A stretch of 64,000 nucleotides of DNA from an uncultured delta proteobacterium (GTDB lineage Bacteria > Desulfobacterota > Desulfobacteria > Desulfobacterales > JAHEIW01), in the NCBI GenBank assembly GCA_963706575.1, contig CAVPNL010000004.1, forward strand, positions 288,001 to 352,000, in the 5' to 3' direction. Both the position numbers and the translations under genes were made by a program. The notes under the pieces were generated by a model. That model did no database searches. It had not been told where the DNA came from and was given only the letters and a program-made list of their open reading frames with translations. Shown piece after piece: positions 9,576-18,502 of the stretch. Within the stretch, counting starts at the first letter, position 1. Each line of letters starts with the position of its first letter.

Positions 9576-9901
9576 AATTTATGGATGATTATGAGAACTT
9601 TGATATATAGCAGAAACATGCAAATCGGCATTCAGACCAGCGATCAAAGATATCTTAAATATTTTTAGCCGTTACAAATTATAGCTTTGTTGGATCACGA
9701 TTCATAAAGCCGGAGCTAACTTGTCAACCCACTACACTTCAAGCCTGCGCAAACTTTTCCTAAAACCGCATATCTTCCGGCGGAACCTCAATTTCAATCA
9801 GAAGATTCAGCATTGCGCAAAATTTTCTTTGGTCAATTTAATATTCAATAATAAAAAAGGGGCATTAGATGCCCCTTCGATTGTGCTGCTAATAGATCGA
9901 C

Positions 9902-10187
9902 TTACTCGGGGACCAGTGATTTGATGACTCCCTTACTATCGGCTTCCACGTTGACGGAATCACCTGGTTTTAAATTCTTTAGGCTTTCCATGTCTATGTC
10001 TGGACCTGTCATAAGCTTTTTTACATCACCGGTATCATCCTTTATTGTCAACTCCTTAGTAACGGGATTGAAGGAATCCACTGTTCCGGTTATTTTTTGA
10101 GTCTCATCAGCGGATACAGCTGCAACCGCGATAAAAGAGAATACAAAAAGAGCCATGAGCAATCATTGATACAGATTTTTTTAACAT
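9902..10187 (-). CDS. Small secreted OB-fold-like protein, one apparent frameshift in the signal peptide
   Basis: AAGGAG RBS and ATG at 10187 are one base out of frame with ORF 9902-10162 (ITGTVDSFN...LKPGDSVNV). Confidence 0.65.
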
Positions 10188-10338
10188 TTTTAACTCCTTA
10201 GGGTTTCTAATTAATTTTGTTTTTTTTGATTCGCTTATCCGTGACAATCCACACTGGATCAATTCTTAGTTTCTCCTTTCTTTACACCTCCTTTTCCCGT
10301 AGTTAGACTTTCAATTCCTGCCTTTCTTTTTATGTCAT

Positions 10339-10354
10339 TGCAAATGGTATACCA
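10339..10354 (-). promoter_or_regulatory. Putative sigma54 -24/-12 promoter
   Basis: minus strand TGGTATACCATTTGCA (GG-N10-GC). Confidence 0.45.
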
Positions 10355-10661
10355 AAACAACCAGTTTCAATATCTATTTGAAATTTATAAATATTTTTAC
10401 TTGAAATGATTTTTGGCATCTTACTTGTGTATGATTTACCTTACACAAGCTAACAGGAAAAAGAATGAATTAGAGTTGTAAGTAACCGAGGATTCTATGT
10501 TTAATAAACATTTAAGGATTTTTATTCACAGTGACTACAAAATCGTACTCAAATCAAGTACCGCGGAGGATATTTTAAAGACTCAATCTTTATTTATATC
10601 ATAACATTCATAGTTACTTAGGTGAAAAATTGGATTGCTAATTGGCTAATTATAAAAAGAT

Positions 10662-11241
10662 TTATGATTCATCCGGTAATGAATAAATTGGAGATAAATA
10701 ATCGCTTTCTTGTTTTATTTCTTCTACTATCTTTTTGACATCTGTTGTCTTTCCATTCACCATTTCCACTACTATTTTTGAGTCCTTCAAGATTTAAACC
10801 AGAAACAATCATACTCGAATTTGCACCTACCCTGTGCATTGCCCTAACCAACTTATATATTTTGTCCTTTTGCGGATGATTCTGCCATGGGTGCTTTTTA
10901 CTTACAACGACAACATTTAATGACTCAAATTTATCAGAAACCTGTTTCGTGGCAATCTTATCGACTTTATGAACGATTTGCCTGAGGTCATTGGCTATTT
11001 CCCGCAACTGATTGGTCTGCAATTCATGCTTGGTATTATGTGGAGATTGTCTTTGATCTGAGCTAAGTAGATTAGCGACCGCCCTTTCAATAAATTGGGT
11101 AATGGTTTTCCCTGTCAATTTTCTTTCTTTATCTATCAGATTCTTTAGTTCAGCAGACACCTTAACCGTTATGGTCTTCTTGTCTTCTGAAGCATGCTTT
11201 TCTTTCTTTTTCATGTGGCTAACCTGGCACTTATCGTTCAT
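10662..11241 (-). CDS. Putative DNA-binding protein: RHH-like N-terminus plus recombinase-domain-like C-terminus; frameshift near 10750
   Basis: KTITVKVSAELKNLID...TITQFIERAV; IYKLVRAMHRVGANSSMIVSGLNLEGLKNSSGNGEW continues as KTTDVKKIV after removing one A. Confidence 0.6.
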
Positions 11242-11991
11242 CTGTATTTTTTTATTATTTGGCTATAGCTGGTTCGGTTATATTTAATATTCGCTGGACT
11301 CTATGGCTGCTTGGCCGCCGGTTTCTTCGATAGGTGCGTTTCGAAGAGACAGTATTTTTGATGATCAGGAACGAAAAGAGCGATTAAAAAGAAAACTTCT
11401 GGCAGCATAGAGTTTAGAAGTTATGAAACCTTGATGAATTTCTTTTTGCTAAGGTTATTTGGCAAATTAATGTTTTTCATCTAAATACTTTAACATTAAT
11501 ATTGCAAAAACACCGATAAGTACCATGGCAAAATTAACAATAAGTACCATCTTTAGTTCCTTTTACTCATGGACAAATGAATTAGAGATGCTATTATCCA
11601 TTTAAATATTGCAAAACTCATTCCATTTTTTATTGGAAATTTTTTGTAAATAATCAGGGATGTTAAGAATGGCAGGGTAGGATTCTAAAACGGAGATGTG
11701 TACAATATTATACGGAGCGTAAGATATTTTATAATTAAATCAACTTAGTGATTTATAGATACACGAAATACATTTTTTTACATTTCATGCGCCAGTCCTT
11801 AATTTTTGGCCATGCAAAAGAGAATAAATTAGCGTGCCTGATGCGAAAATTTGGAGGGTCCGGAATTTTGTTAGGTGTGGTCACGAAATATCCAATTTGG
11901 GATTTTGTAGATTGGGTTAAATAAGCTGAAATTTCGCAATAGGAAAACTTGAGATATCACAACAGAAAACCAAATATCATCCAGGTTGCTA

Positions 11992-12047
11992 TTAATTGAG
12001 AATACCTGAAAAATACCAGAAGTGCAGATATCGTAATCTGATATCAC
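11992..12047 (+). repeat. GATA/TATC boundary repeat next to the PilZ stop codon
   Basis: ATTGAGAATACCTGAAAAATACCAGAAGTGCAGATATC...GATATCAC. Confidence 0.8.
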
Positions 12048-12053
12048 AGGTTT

Positions 12054-12353
12054 TTAAATTAACTTTGCTCCGTAGCCGAGTTGATAAGATGATCCCTGAA
12101 TTTCTATACACCACATGATTTTGACATCAAAATACTGATGGGATTTACTTATAAATTGCTGTGGTGGTTTCTTAATTGATATGGCTATCTCATGTCCTTG
12201 TAAAAGGTCTTCGTTAGTTTCGAAATACAATCCCTCCTTACTAAAGTTGTACATAGTGCCCTTGTAAAAAAAATCAGCTGGACTCGTATTATGCAGAATA
12301 GGAGTTTCACATGGAATCCGCTCAGATTTTCTGCGTTCAATGCCAGTATTCAT
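12054..12353 (-). CDS. PilZ-domain protein
   Basis: RRKSER (RxxxR) and NFSKEG (NxSxxG); GGAGGAG RBS. Confidence 0.85.
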   Translation of the reverse strand: MNTGIERRKSERIPCETPILHNTSPADFFYKGTMYNFSKEGLYFETNEDLLQGHEIAISIKKPPQQFISKSHQYFDVKIMWCIEIQGSSYQLGYGAKLI

Positions 12354-12446
12354 TTGTTCATCTCCTCCGCTTGATAAGGTCGCCGATAATTTAATCTTAG
12401 AAAACATGCGATTACTTGCAAGTATCCTACGTTGGCATCAACCTGT

Positions 12447-12498
12447 GATACATTGATAATATCACCAACACAGGAAATTTCAGATATCAAGCGATATC
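12447..12498 (+). repeat. GATA/TATC boundary repeat (sites 1 and 2)
   Basis: GATA-CATTGATAA-TATC-19nt-GATA-TCAAGCGA-TATC. Confidence 0.75.
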
Positions 12499-12671
12499 CT
12501 AAAAACAAAACCCCACCTCTCAATTTGAGAAATGGGGTTCTGGAAATAAAAACATAATACCCTCCGGTAAAGGGTTATTATTTATTTTTTTTCGTACTTT
12601 TGAAGGGCTTCATGCATTCAGCGTCTTATAGCCTCTAAGCGTGTATTATTTCGGAAAGTTCTAGATAGTAC

Positions 12672-12836
12672 TTACAATTTGAAAGATCTATCTTGCTCTA
12701 AATCGTCCATTGTTTTTGAATATTTAGCTTTAGATGATTGACCAATTTTTGACAATAAACCGATTAGCAGGTAGGTCAAGGTCAGAAAAAGTATAATCGC
12801 TAAACTAGCAAATATTATGATCTCAAATTTTGGCAT
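12672..12836 (-). CDS. 54-aa single-pass membrane protein (below the ORF-track cutoff)
   Basis: GAGGG RBS; MPKFEIIIFASLAIILFLTLTYLLIGLLSKIGQSSKAKYSKTMDDLEQDRSFKL. Confidence 0.55.
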   Translation of the reverse strand: MPKFEIIIFASLAIILFLTLTYLLIGLLSKIGQSSKAKYSKTMDDLEQDRSFKL

Positions 12837-13176
12837 TATTTACCCTCAACAAAATATTTAATGCTTAACAGTATCATAAATTATATGTAGTTTCTATAGA
12901 CTAATTTTGGTGATTGGTCTTTATTAAACCATTGGAAAAAAGGGAGGGATGTCATTTGTCTTCTCCAAATCGGACTCCTGGTAAACTTAAAACAATGCTC
13001 CACAATACCGAAAAAACTCTTTCAACGCCGTTTTAAGCGATTAAAATTCGTTCTGAAGAGTTAATGGGGGAAACGGATAGTTTCTTTGGTAATTTTTTAA
13101 CAAGATTTAAACTAAAAACTTTTCGACAATTTGAGGGGCAGGATCGTTTAGATTTTGTCCCTATTCCCTTCTTTAA

Positions 13177-13231
13177 TTGTGATATAAAACGTGTATCACA
13201 ACTTTTTCAGAGATTCAAAAGTGCTGATATG
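13177..13231 (+). repeat. GATA/TATC boundary repeat (site 2 plus site 3 split by the intron, continuing at 15088-15100)
   Basis: TTGTGATA-TAAAACGTG-TATCACAA-...-GATATG|intron|TTGGAGAAATC. Confidence 0.85.
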
Positions 13232-15087
13232 GTTAAGTGGCGCAGGGGGATTTCACCCCTACGCTCTCCAAGATCCGTACGTGACAGTCTCCCGTCATAC
13301 GGCTCCTACTGTCCAGCCGTCGGCCGAAAGCCAAATTCCCAAGTCGCAATTAGTCTGGGTTCACGGCGTGCAATGCGACCTAACCAATGGGTCGCCTTGA
13401 GCCAGTGGCCTCTCAGCCTTTTGTATTTCCGCATCGCCCAACGAACCAAGGCATACTGAAGCTGACGGAGTATGGGACGCAATGCTGATTTGTAATATTT
13501 GCCATAATAGTTTAACCAACCCCTAATCACAGGGTTGATTCGACTGGCAATATCCTCTAATGAAGATGAGCTCCATAAATGCAACTTCCAGCCCCTTATC
13601 GTAGCACTCATCGCTTTGATCGCTGATTTGCTCACCGCTGGTGTAAAACCCACAAAATAGTTGCGACCTTTACAGTCGCGCGGTCGAAAGCAGTAACCAA
13701 GAAAATCAAAACTCTCATGCTTATAGTTTCCGGGGCGTCTTACATCCTTACAATAGACAATTTTCGTCTTCTCCGGATGCAATTGCAACTTGCAGCGTGC
13801 CAGCCGTCTTTCAATGACCTTCAGCATGACCTGCGCCTGAGGTTCTGTACGACAGTGGACAATAATATCATCCGCATATCTTGCAAATGGTGTACTCGGA
13901 TAATTCACCCGCATCCACTCATCAAACGCGTGGTGAAGAAAAATATTGGCCAGCAGGGGGCTTATCACTCCCCCTTGGGGTGTGCCCTTTTCTGTTTCGA
14001 TGAGACTACCGTCCTCCGATTGTGCCGGAGCTTTCAGCCATCTCTCGATGTAGAGCAGCATCCACTTGCTGTCCGTATGCTTCTTCACCGCGTACAACAT
14101 CAGCTCATGGTCAATGTTATCGAAGAACCCCTGTATGTCCAGATCGATCACCCAGTTGTACCACCAGCACCTTTTGCGAACCACGCCAACTGCATCCAGT
14201 GCTGATCTGCCTGTTATGTAACCATAAGAATCCGGGTCAAAAATCGGCTCTACATCGGGCCCCAGACACATCTTGACCACCATCTGCGCCACGCGATCCG
14301 ATACGGCTGGTATACCCAACCTTCTGGATCCCCCATCGCTTTTGGGTATGTCTACCGTGCGCACCGGCGGAGGAAAATAACTGCCCGAGGACATCCGATT
14401 CCAGATCTTATAAAGGTTGTCCTTGAGATCAACCTCAAAATCTTTGATCGACTGCCCATCGACTCCCGCAGCACCTTTGTTCGCCTTTACCCGACGATAG
14501 GCTTCCCAAACCACCTGCTTGGAAATACTAAACGACTTTGTTTTAGTAATAGGCTCCTCCCATCTCTGGTTGACCGCATCGCTAAAACCAGACAGCACAA
14601 CTCCTTCGCTCCACCTGCATTACACAGACTTCCTCACTACTACGAGTTGTTCCGCCCCCGTGTCCCGCATCGGTACTCTCACGCTTGTGGGTCCTCCACT
14701 TGCGTTTCTCCCTTAACATCGGAACGACAGGTTCCCACGTTCCGCACAAAAGCCTGGATCAAGTTCATGCCATCTCTATGCCGGACGCCGCCCAGACAAT
14801 AAACAGGCTCCCTCTGGGCTTTTCCTGCAGACCTCCAAGTATCCGCAGTTTTGACGACATCTCAGATATTTCGACACCTCATCAATGGTTCGCTTGTGCT
14901 CATCTCCTTGATCCATACCTGACACAGTCTTGGCCATGCCTTGCCCTTAACGCTCACCACAACGGCTCTTTACCGATGCAGCTTAAGGTGGTTTGAAGCC
15001 TGCTCCTGCAAGCCGACTCCGAAGGGCCCTCCTTCATCTTCCGTGCAGTTACGCACACTTTATATTAAAAGTGCGCTCGTGGCGCAC
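13232..15087 (-). mobile_element. Group II intron, RmInt1-like (bacterial class D)
   Basis: 5' GTGCG at 15087; domain V GAGCCGTATGACGGGAGACTGTCACGTACGGATC; domain VI ending AAC at 13232; EBS1 loop TTGGAG at 14833-14838. Confidence 0.93.
13306..14550 (-). CDS. ltrA: Group II intron reverse transcriptase/maturase, no endonuclease domain
   Basis: LYKIWNRMSSGSYFPPPVR, PQGGVISPLLAN, RYADD, NPVIRGWLNYY; RBS GGGAGGAG is followed by ATT rather than ATG at 14550. Confidence 0.92.
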   Translation of the reverse strand: MTKTKSFSISKQVVWEAYRRVKANKGAAGVDGQSIKDFEVDLKDNLYKIWNRMSSGSYFPPPVRTVDIPKSDGGSRRLGIPAVSDRVAQMVVKMCLGPDVEPIFDPDSYGYITGRSALDAVGVVRKRCWWYNWVIDLDIQGFFDNIDHELMLYAVKKHTDSKWMLLYIERWLKAPAQSEDGSLIETEKGTPQGGVISPLLANIFLHHAFDEWMRVNYPSTPFARYADDIIVHCRTEPQAQVMLKVIERRLARCKLQLHPEKTKIVYCKDVRRPGNYKHESFDFLGYCFRPRDCKGRNYFVGFTPAVSKSAIKAMSATIRGWKLHLWSSSSLEDIASRINPVIRGWLNYYGKYYKSALRPILRQLQYALVRWAMRKYKRLRGHWLKATHWLGRIARREPRLIATWEFGFRPTAGQ

Positions 15088-15140
15088 TTGGAGAAATCAC
15101 AAGTTTCTGCTTTCCGAATAAAAGCCAAAATGGAAATAGC

Positions 15141-15173
15141 AAAAGGCAGGGCCTTGACGACCCTGCCTCTTTT
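15141..15173. terminator. Bidirectional intrinsic terminator
   Basis: AAAAGGCAGGG-CCTTGACGA-CCCTGCCTCTTTT. Confidence 0.6.
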
Positions 15174-15192
15174 CTGATTTCTTAGTTATGGT

Positions 15193-15717
15193 TCACTGTT
15201 TTGGTTCGATTATTTTCCAAGTTCCCGTTCCTCTACTGATAGCCTGGTGTGTTCCTTCTGCGGCAGGTCTCATAGGCCTTCTAGTATATTCTATGCCTCC
15301 CTCAATTCCTTTAAATTTTCCAGTCCCTCCTACAATTTTACCCTTTCCACTAACTGGGTTGGGTCCAAGCTGGACTCCCTCTTCCGTAAGTTCCATGACT
15401 ACTTTATCACCATCTTTGTCTATATTAAATATATACCCCCTTAGGCTCCCTACACCATTTTCGAAATACATAACGCCTATATTATGTATTGACATACCGT
15501 GGAATGGACCCGTGTTACTATCACTGACTCTTACTCCAAAATTTTCATATGTGAATGCAAAATTTTCTTTATCGAGGGGGTAAACTTTATGAGTACCTCC
15601 ATAAGTGACAGTGCCAGAAATGGTGCCTTCTTTTGCCATCTCTGCCTTCGAGAAAGGCACTAAAGCGAGCAAGAAAACAAGCGCCAGTATTGATGCTATA
15701 ATTATTCTCCTCATCAT
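15193..15717 (-). CDS. Secreted hypothetical protein (beta-rich)
   Basis: AGGAGG RBS; signal peptide; GGTGKFKGIEG motif. Confidence 0.8.
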   Translation of the reverse strand: MMRRIIIASILALVFLLALVPFSKAEMAKEGTISGTVTYGGTHKVYPLDKENFAFTYENFGVRVSDSNTGPFHGMSIHNIGVMYFENGVGSLRGYIFNIDKDGDKVVMELTEEGVQLGPNPVSGKGKIVGGTGKFKGIEGGIEYTRRPMRPAAEGTHQAISRGTGTWKIIEPKQ

Positions 15718-16095
15718 TTACCTCCTTTTTGTGTAGGTGTCGCGTAGGGTTACGTTCTTTTCAAATGGTCATTTTGTCTCCTAACAGAACAGCTACATCT
15801 GTTAGGAGAAAGATTGGCACATTTTGAGTGGTATCTCCATTTCACTTTTCCCGAATATTTGGGTTAAAGTTCGTGGGAACCGGAGTCTATATGAGTGGCG
15901 AAAGCATATTAGAATTTGCAGAGTCGCTCAGCAGGCGAATGTGAAAGGGAAAGAAAACTGATAATGAAAATGAATTTTAGATAGGAAATTGAACTTCAGG
16001 AAGCACGCAAATAACAGCCTTATATTTGATACCAGATCTAAATGTCAAGCGAAATGCATTTATTTGTCAGATTTCACAAGCTGATGTCAGGTTTT

Positions 16096-16195
16096 GATAT
16101 ATTGAGAATACCTGAAAAATACCGAAAGTACAGATATGCCAAAATATCACAACTTTTTTATGTCCCTAAAAACCTTTGATAAGTTGGAGAGTACC
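16096..16195 (+). repeat. Complete three-site GATA/TATC boundary repeat
   Basis: GATA-TATTGAGAA-TACC-20-GATA-TGCCAAAA-TATC-29-GATA-AGTTGGAGAG-TACC. Confidence 0.88.
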
Positions 16196-16207
16196 AGATA
16201 TATGGAT

Positions 16208-16264
16208 TCTTAACGGCTGAATGGAGCGGCGCTGTCAAGCGTTCGCTCCCATGATGTGTTAGGA
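16208..16264 (-). other. attC-like integron recombination site (57 bp)
   Basis: minus strand TCCTAAC-5nt-ATGGGAGC...GCTCCAT-6nt-GTTAAGA; extra base in L'' and canonical spacers. Confidence 0.65.
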
Positions 16265-16759
16265 TTTATTATATTTGACCAATGTAAAAGGCTATCCACG
16301 TTATTTTAAGATGACTTACTACCGTTCCGTGAACTTCCCCGATCCGAAGCTCATGAGCTGACACTGCTGTCTGGCCATCTCAATAATCTCCTTTTTCGTC
16401 ATGTCGCCACCAATGGGCTGTTAGGTGTAGTGAGTGAATGGGGTTTTTAATGCTGCCGGCCCTATGGATTTTACGCAACAGGCACCTTATCCAAACCTTA
16501 GTGAGCGAATTCTTTTAATGAGATCCCCCTGAGACCTGGGCGCCGGTCCTGCCGGGTGATTGAATGTTGGACGAGCCAGTTTTACATGCAAATACGAATA
16601 AGCATATTAATACGACTAAAATTATTTTTTTCACGGCCTTTCTCCTATTTTATTTTTTGTCTTTGTATAAAATTGAGCATCAAAAAGAAAACAACTAACT
16701 ATAAATATTTGGCTAAAGACCTTCGTTGTCAATTGTTATTTCAGGTGGTGATATATTGA

Positions 16760-16867
16760 GAGACTGTCGGAAAACCTAAAATGTGTGTTTTTAGTGCCTC
16801 TAAGTACTTGATATTACTATACCCGAATTTTGGAAAATGGTTGAAATTAGACTTTTTCGACAGTCTC
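16760..16867. mobile_element. 108-bp MITE with IS1182-type ends, inserted in the boundary repeat 16750-16902
   Basis: GAGACTGTCGGAAAA...TTTTTCGACAGTCTC; TGA duplication; same length as 4134-4241. Confidence 0.85.
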
Positions 16868-16905
16868 TGAGAATATCACTAAATCGGGCAACTTGTGATA
16901 TCATT

Positions 16906-17829
16906 TCAATTTTTTCCGGTTTTATTCCAATGCTCTATCAAAAGAGGAACGATTTTTTCCGGCTGATCTTCTTGGACAAAATGCCCAGCCTCTGAAATTT
17001 TATTGAAATCAACATTAGCACCTCTTTTAGTTAATCTTGCGTGCATATCTTTCCCAATCCATAGTGGAGCAAAACGATCATTTTCTCCCCAAACCAGCAT
17101 TATACTAACTTGATAAGAGTTGGTAGGCCTTTGCAAAAATTGCGTTTTATTTTCAGGCAAAATCAAGGACAAGTGTGGGATTTGTTGCAGGGCTAAAGAT
17201 TTTGCCATATTTTTATATAGTTTGATCCAATACCGGGTTGATTCGCTGTCACAGAACATTTCAAAATAACTTTTTAGAACTTTTGGGTCTAATCTGCTCG
17301 AATCATTAAACGATCGTATCATTGCAAATTTGAAGAACTGTTTGGGGAACCATTTAAACGCTATTTTTGGCAGCAGTGGAATGTTAAGAAAAATTAAGTG
17401 CCACATACCTGACAAATCGGTCTTCCAAAAGTTCGTATTCATAACAGTGGCGGATATAAGTGATTGAGGTTTAAATCTTGCGGTTTGCAGAGCCAATGCA
17501 CCGCCCCAATCATGTCCGATAAAATGGTATGATGGAAGTTGAAGGGTTTCAACAATGGTTTGGTGGTCTTCATATAGCCTGCTAATAGAAGCCTCTCCTG
17601 ACTTTGAACTCTCTCCAAAACCTCTTAAATCATAAGTTATAAGCCGAAAGCTTTTTGTAACGGCATCCGGCAAACTTGATATCAAATGGTCCCAACAATG
17701 ATGATTTTCGGGAAATCCGTGAACAAATACCAACGGCATTGCTTCATTTTTAGTGTCCCAAAGAGCAATTGTTACTCCATCATCCATGGTGATGTATTTC
17801 CTAAAAAAATTAACTTTACTCAACATCAT
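16906..17829 (-). CDS. Alpha/beta hydrolase (epoxide hydrolase/haloalkane dehalogenase-like)
   Basis: HGFPE, DLRGFGES, GHDWGG, AGHFVQED. Confidence 0.9.
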   Translation of the reverse strand: MMLSKVNFFRKYITMDDGVTIALWDTKNEAMPLVFVHGFPENHHCWDHLISSLPDAVTKSFRLITYDLRGFGESSKSGEASISRLYEDHQTIVETLQLPSYHFIGHDWGGALALQTARFKPQSLISATVMNTNFWKTDLSGMWHLIFLNIPLLPKIAFKWFPKQFFKFAMIRSFNDSSRLDPKVLKSYFEMFCDSESTRYWIKLYKNMAKSLALQQIPHLSLILPENKTQFLQRPTNSYQVSIMLVWGENDRFAPLWIGKDMHARLTKRGANVDFNKISEAGHFVQEDQPEKIVPLLIEHWNKTGKN

Positions 17830-17907
17830 AAACTCCGAAGGTTATAAACAAGAGTGTAATGCAAGTCTTTGGATAATCGCCAGATAAACAATTGTCAGCC
17901 AATTACT

Positions 17908-17955
17908 GATATATATTGAGAGTATCACCAAAACAAGGAACTTGTGATATTATCC
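17908..17955 (+). repeat. GATA/TATC boundary repeat
   Basis: ATATATTGAGAGTATCACCAAAACAAGGAACTTGTGATATTATCC. Confidence 0.8.
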
Positions 17956-17986
17956 CCATTTTCTGAGAACAGTATCTCAATAATAG

Positions 17987-18154
17987 TTAACTTTTTTTTG
18001 AAGTTACCGTCTGAAAGGATGAAATTTGTTGCTTCAATTTTTTGGCTTTACACTTTGGGCAACTGTATTTTTTCTTTTCATATTCGGCAATAGAAAGGAC
18101 TATGCTAAAAGACTTTTTACATTTTTCACAGAAGAACTCATATGTGGGCATCAT
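17987..18154 (-). CDS. FmdB-family zinc-ribbon protein (55 aa, below the ORF-track cutoff)
   Basis: AAGGAGG RBS; MMPTYEFFCEKCKKSF...CPKCKAKKLKQQISSF. Confidence 0.88.
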   Translation of the reverse strand: MMPTYEFFCEKCKKSFSIVLSIAEYEKKKYSCPKCKAKKLKQQISSFQTVTSKKS

Positions 18155-18363
18155 ACACCTCCTTTTGTTAGTGTTTTAAGCAGATGTACTCAGTATGTGG
18201 ATTATTTGAAGGAGCGCAAAAATCAGATGAGAACCAGATTCGATTCCGTAGTTTGAGAACCGCTCCAGACCAGTTGGAATAGCAGGATCAGGTATAGGTT
18301 GTTCGAATTTATATCCAAATCGATGGGCTTTTTCAATCAAAATTCAGGATTCTGGAAACTGGC

Positions 18364-18462
18364 GATATATTGAGAGAAACCCAAATATCGTAATTTTACA
18401 GATATGCTAAAATATCACAACTTCTCGAGGCCGGTCAATTTTGCCGATATGTTGGAGATATT
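18364..18462 (+). repeat. Complete three-site GATA/TATC boundary repeat
   Basis: GATA-TATTGAGAG-AAAC-20-GATA-TGCTAAAA-TATC-29-GATA-TGTTGGAGA-TATT. Confidence 0.88.
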
Positions 18463-18502
18463 CGCAGCTGCTCGGATAGACCGCGCCACTTTTTGGAGAC
18501 GT

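Noticed and set aside
13306..14598. RT as a retron, DGR or defence RT
   Set aside because: The complete group II intron RNA boundaries and a class D maturase sequence are present, and no TR/VR pair was seen.
16440..16560. SAM-I or cobalamin riboswitch
   Set aside because: Only AAGGTGCC matches; the other conserved core elements were not found.
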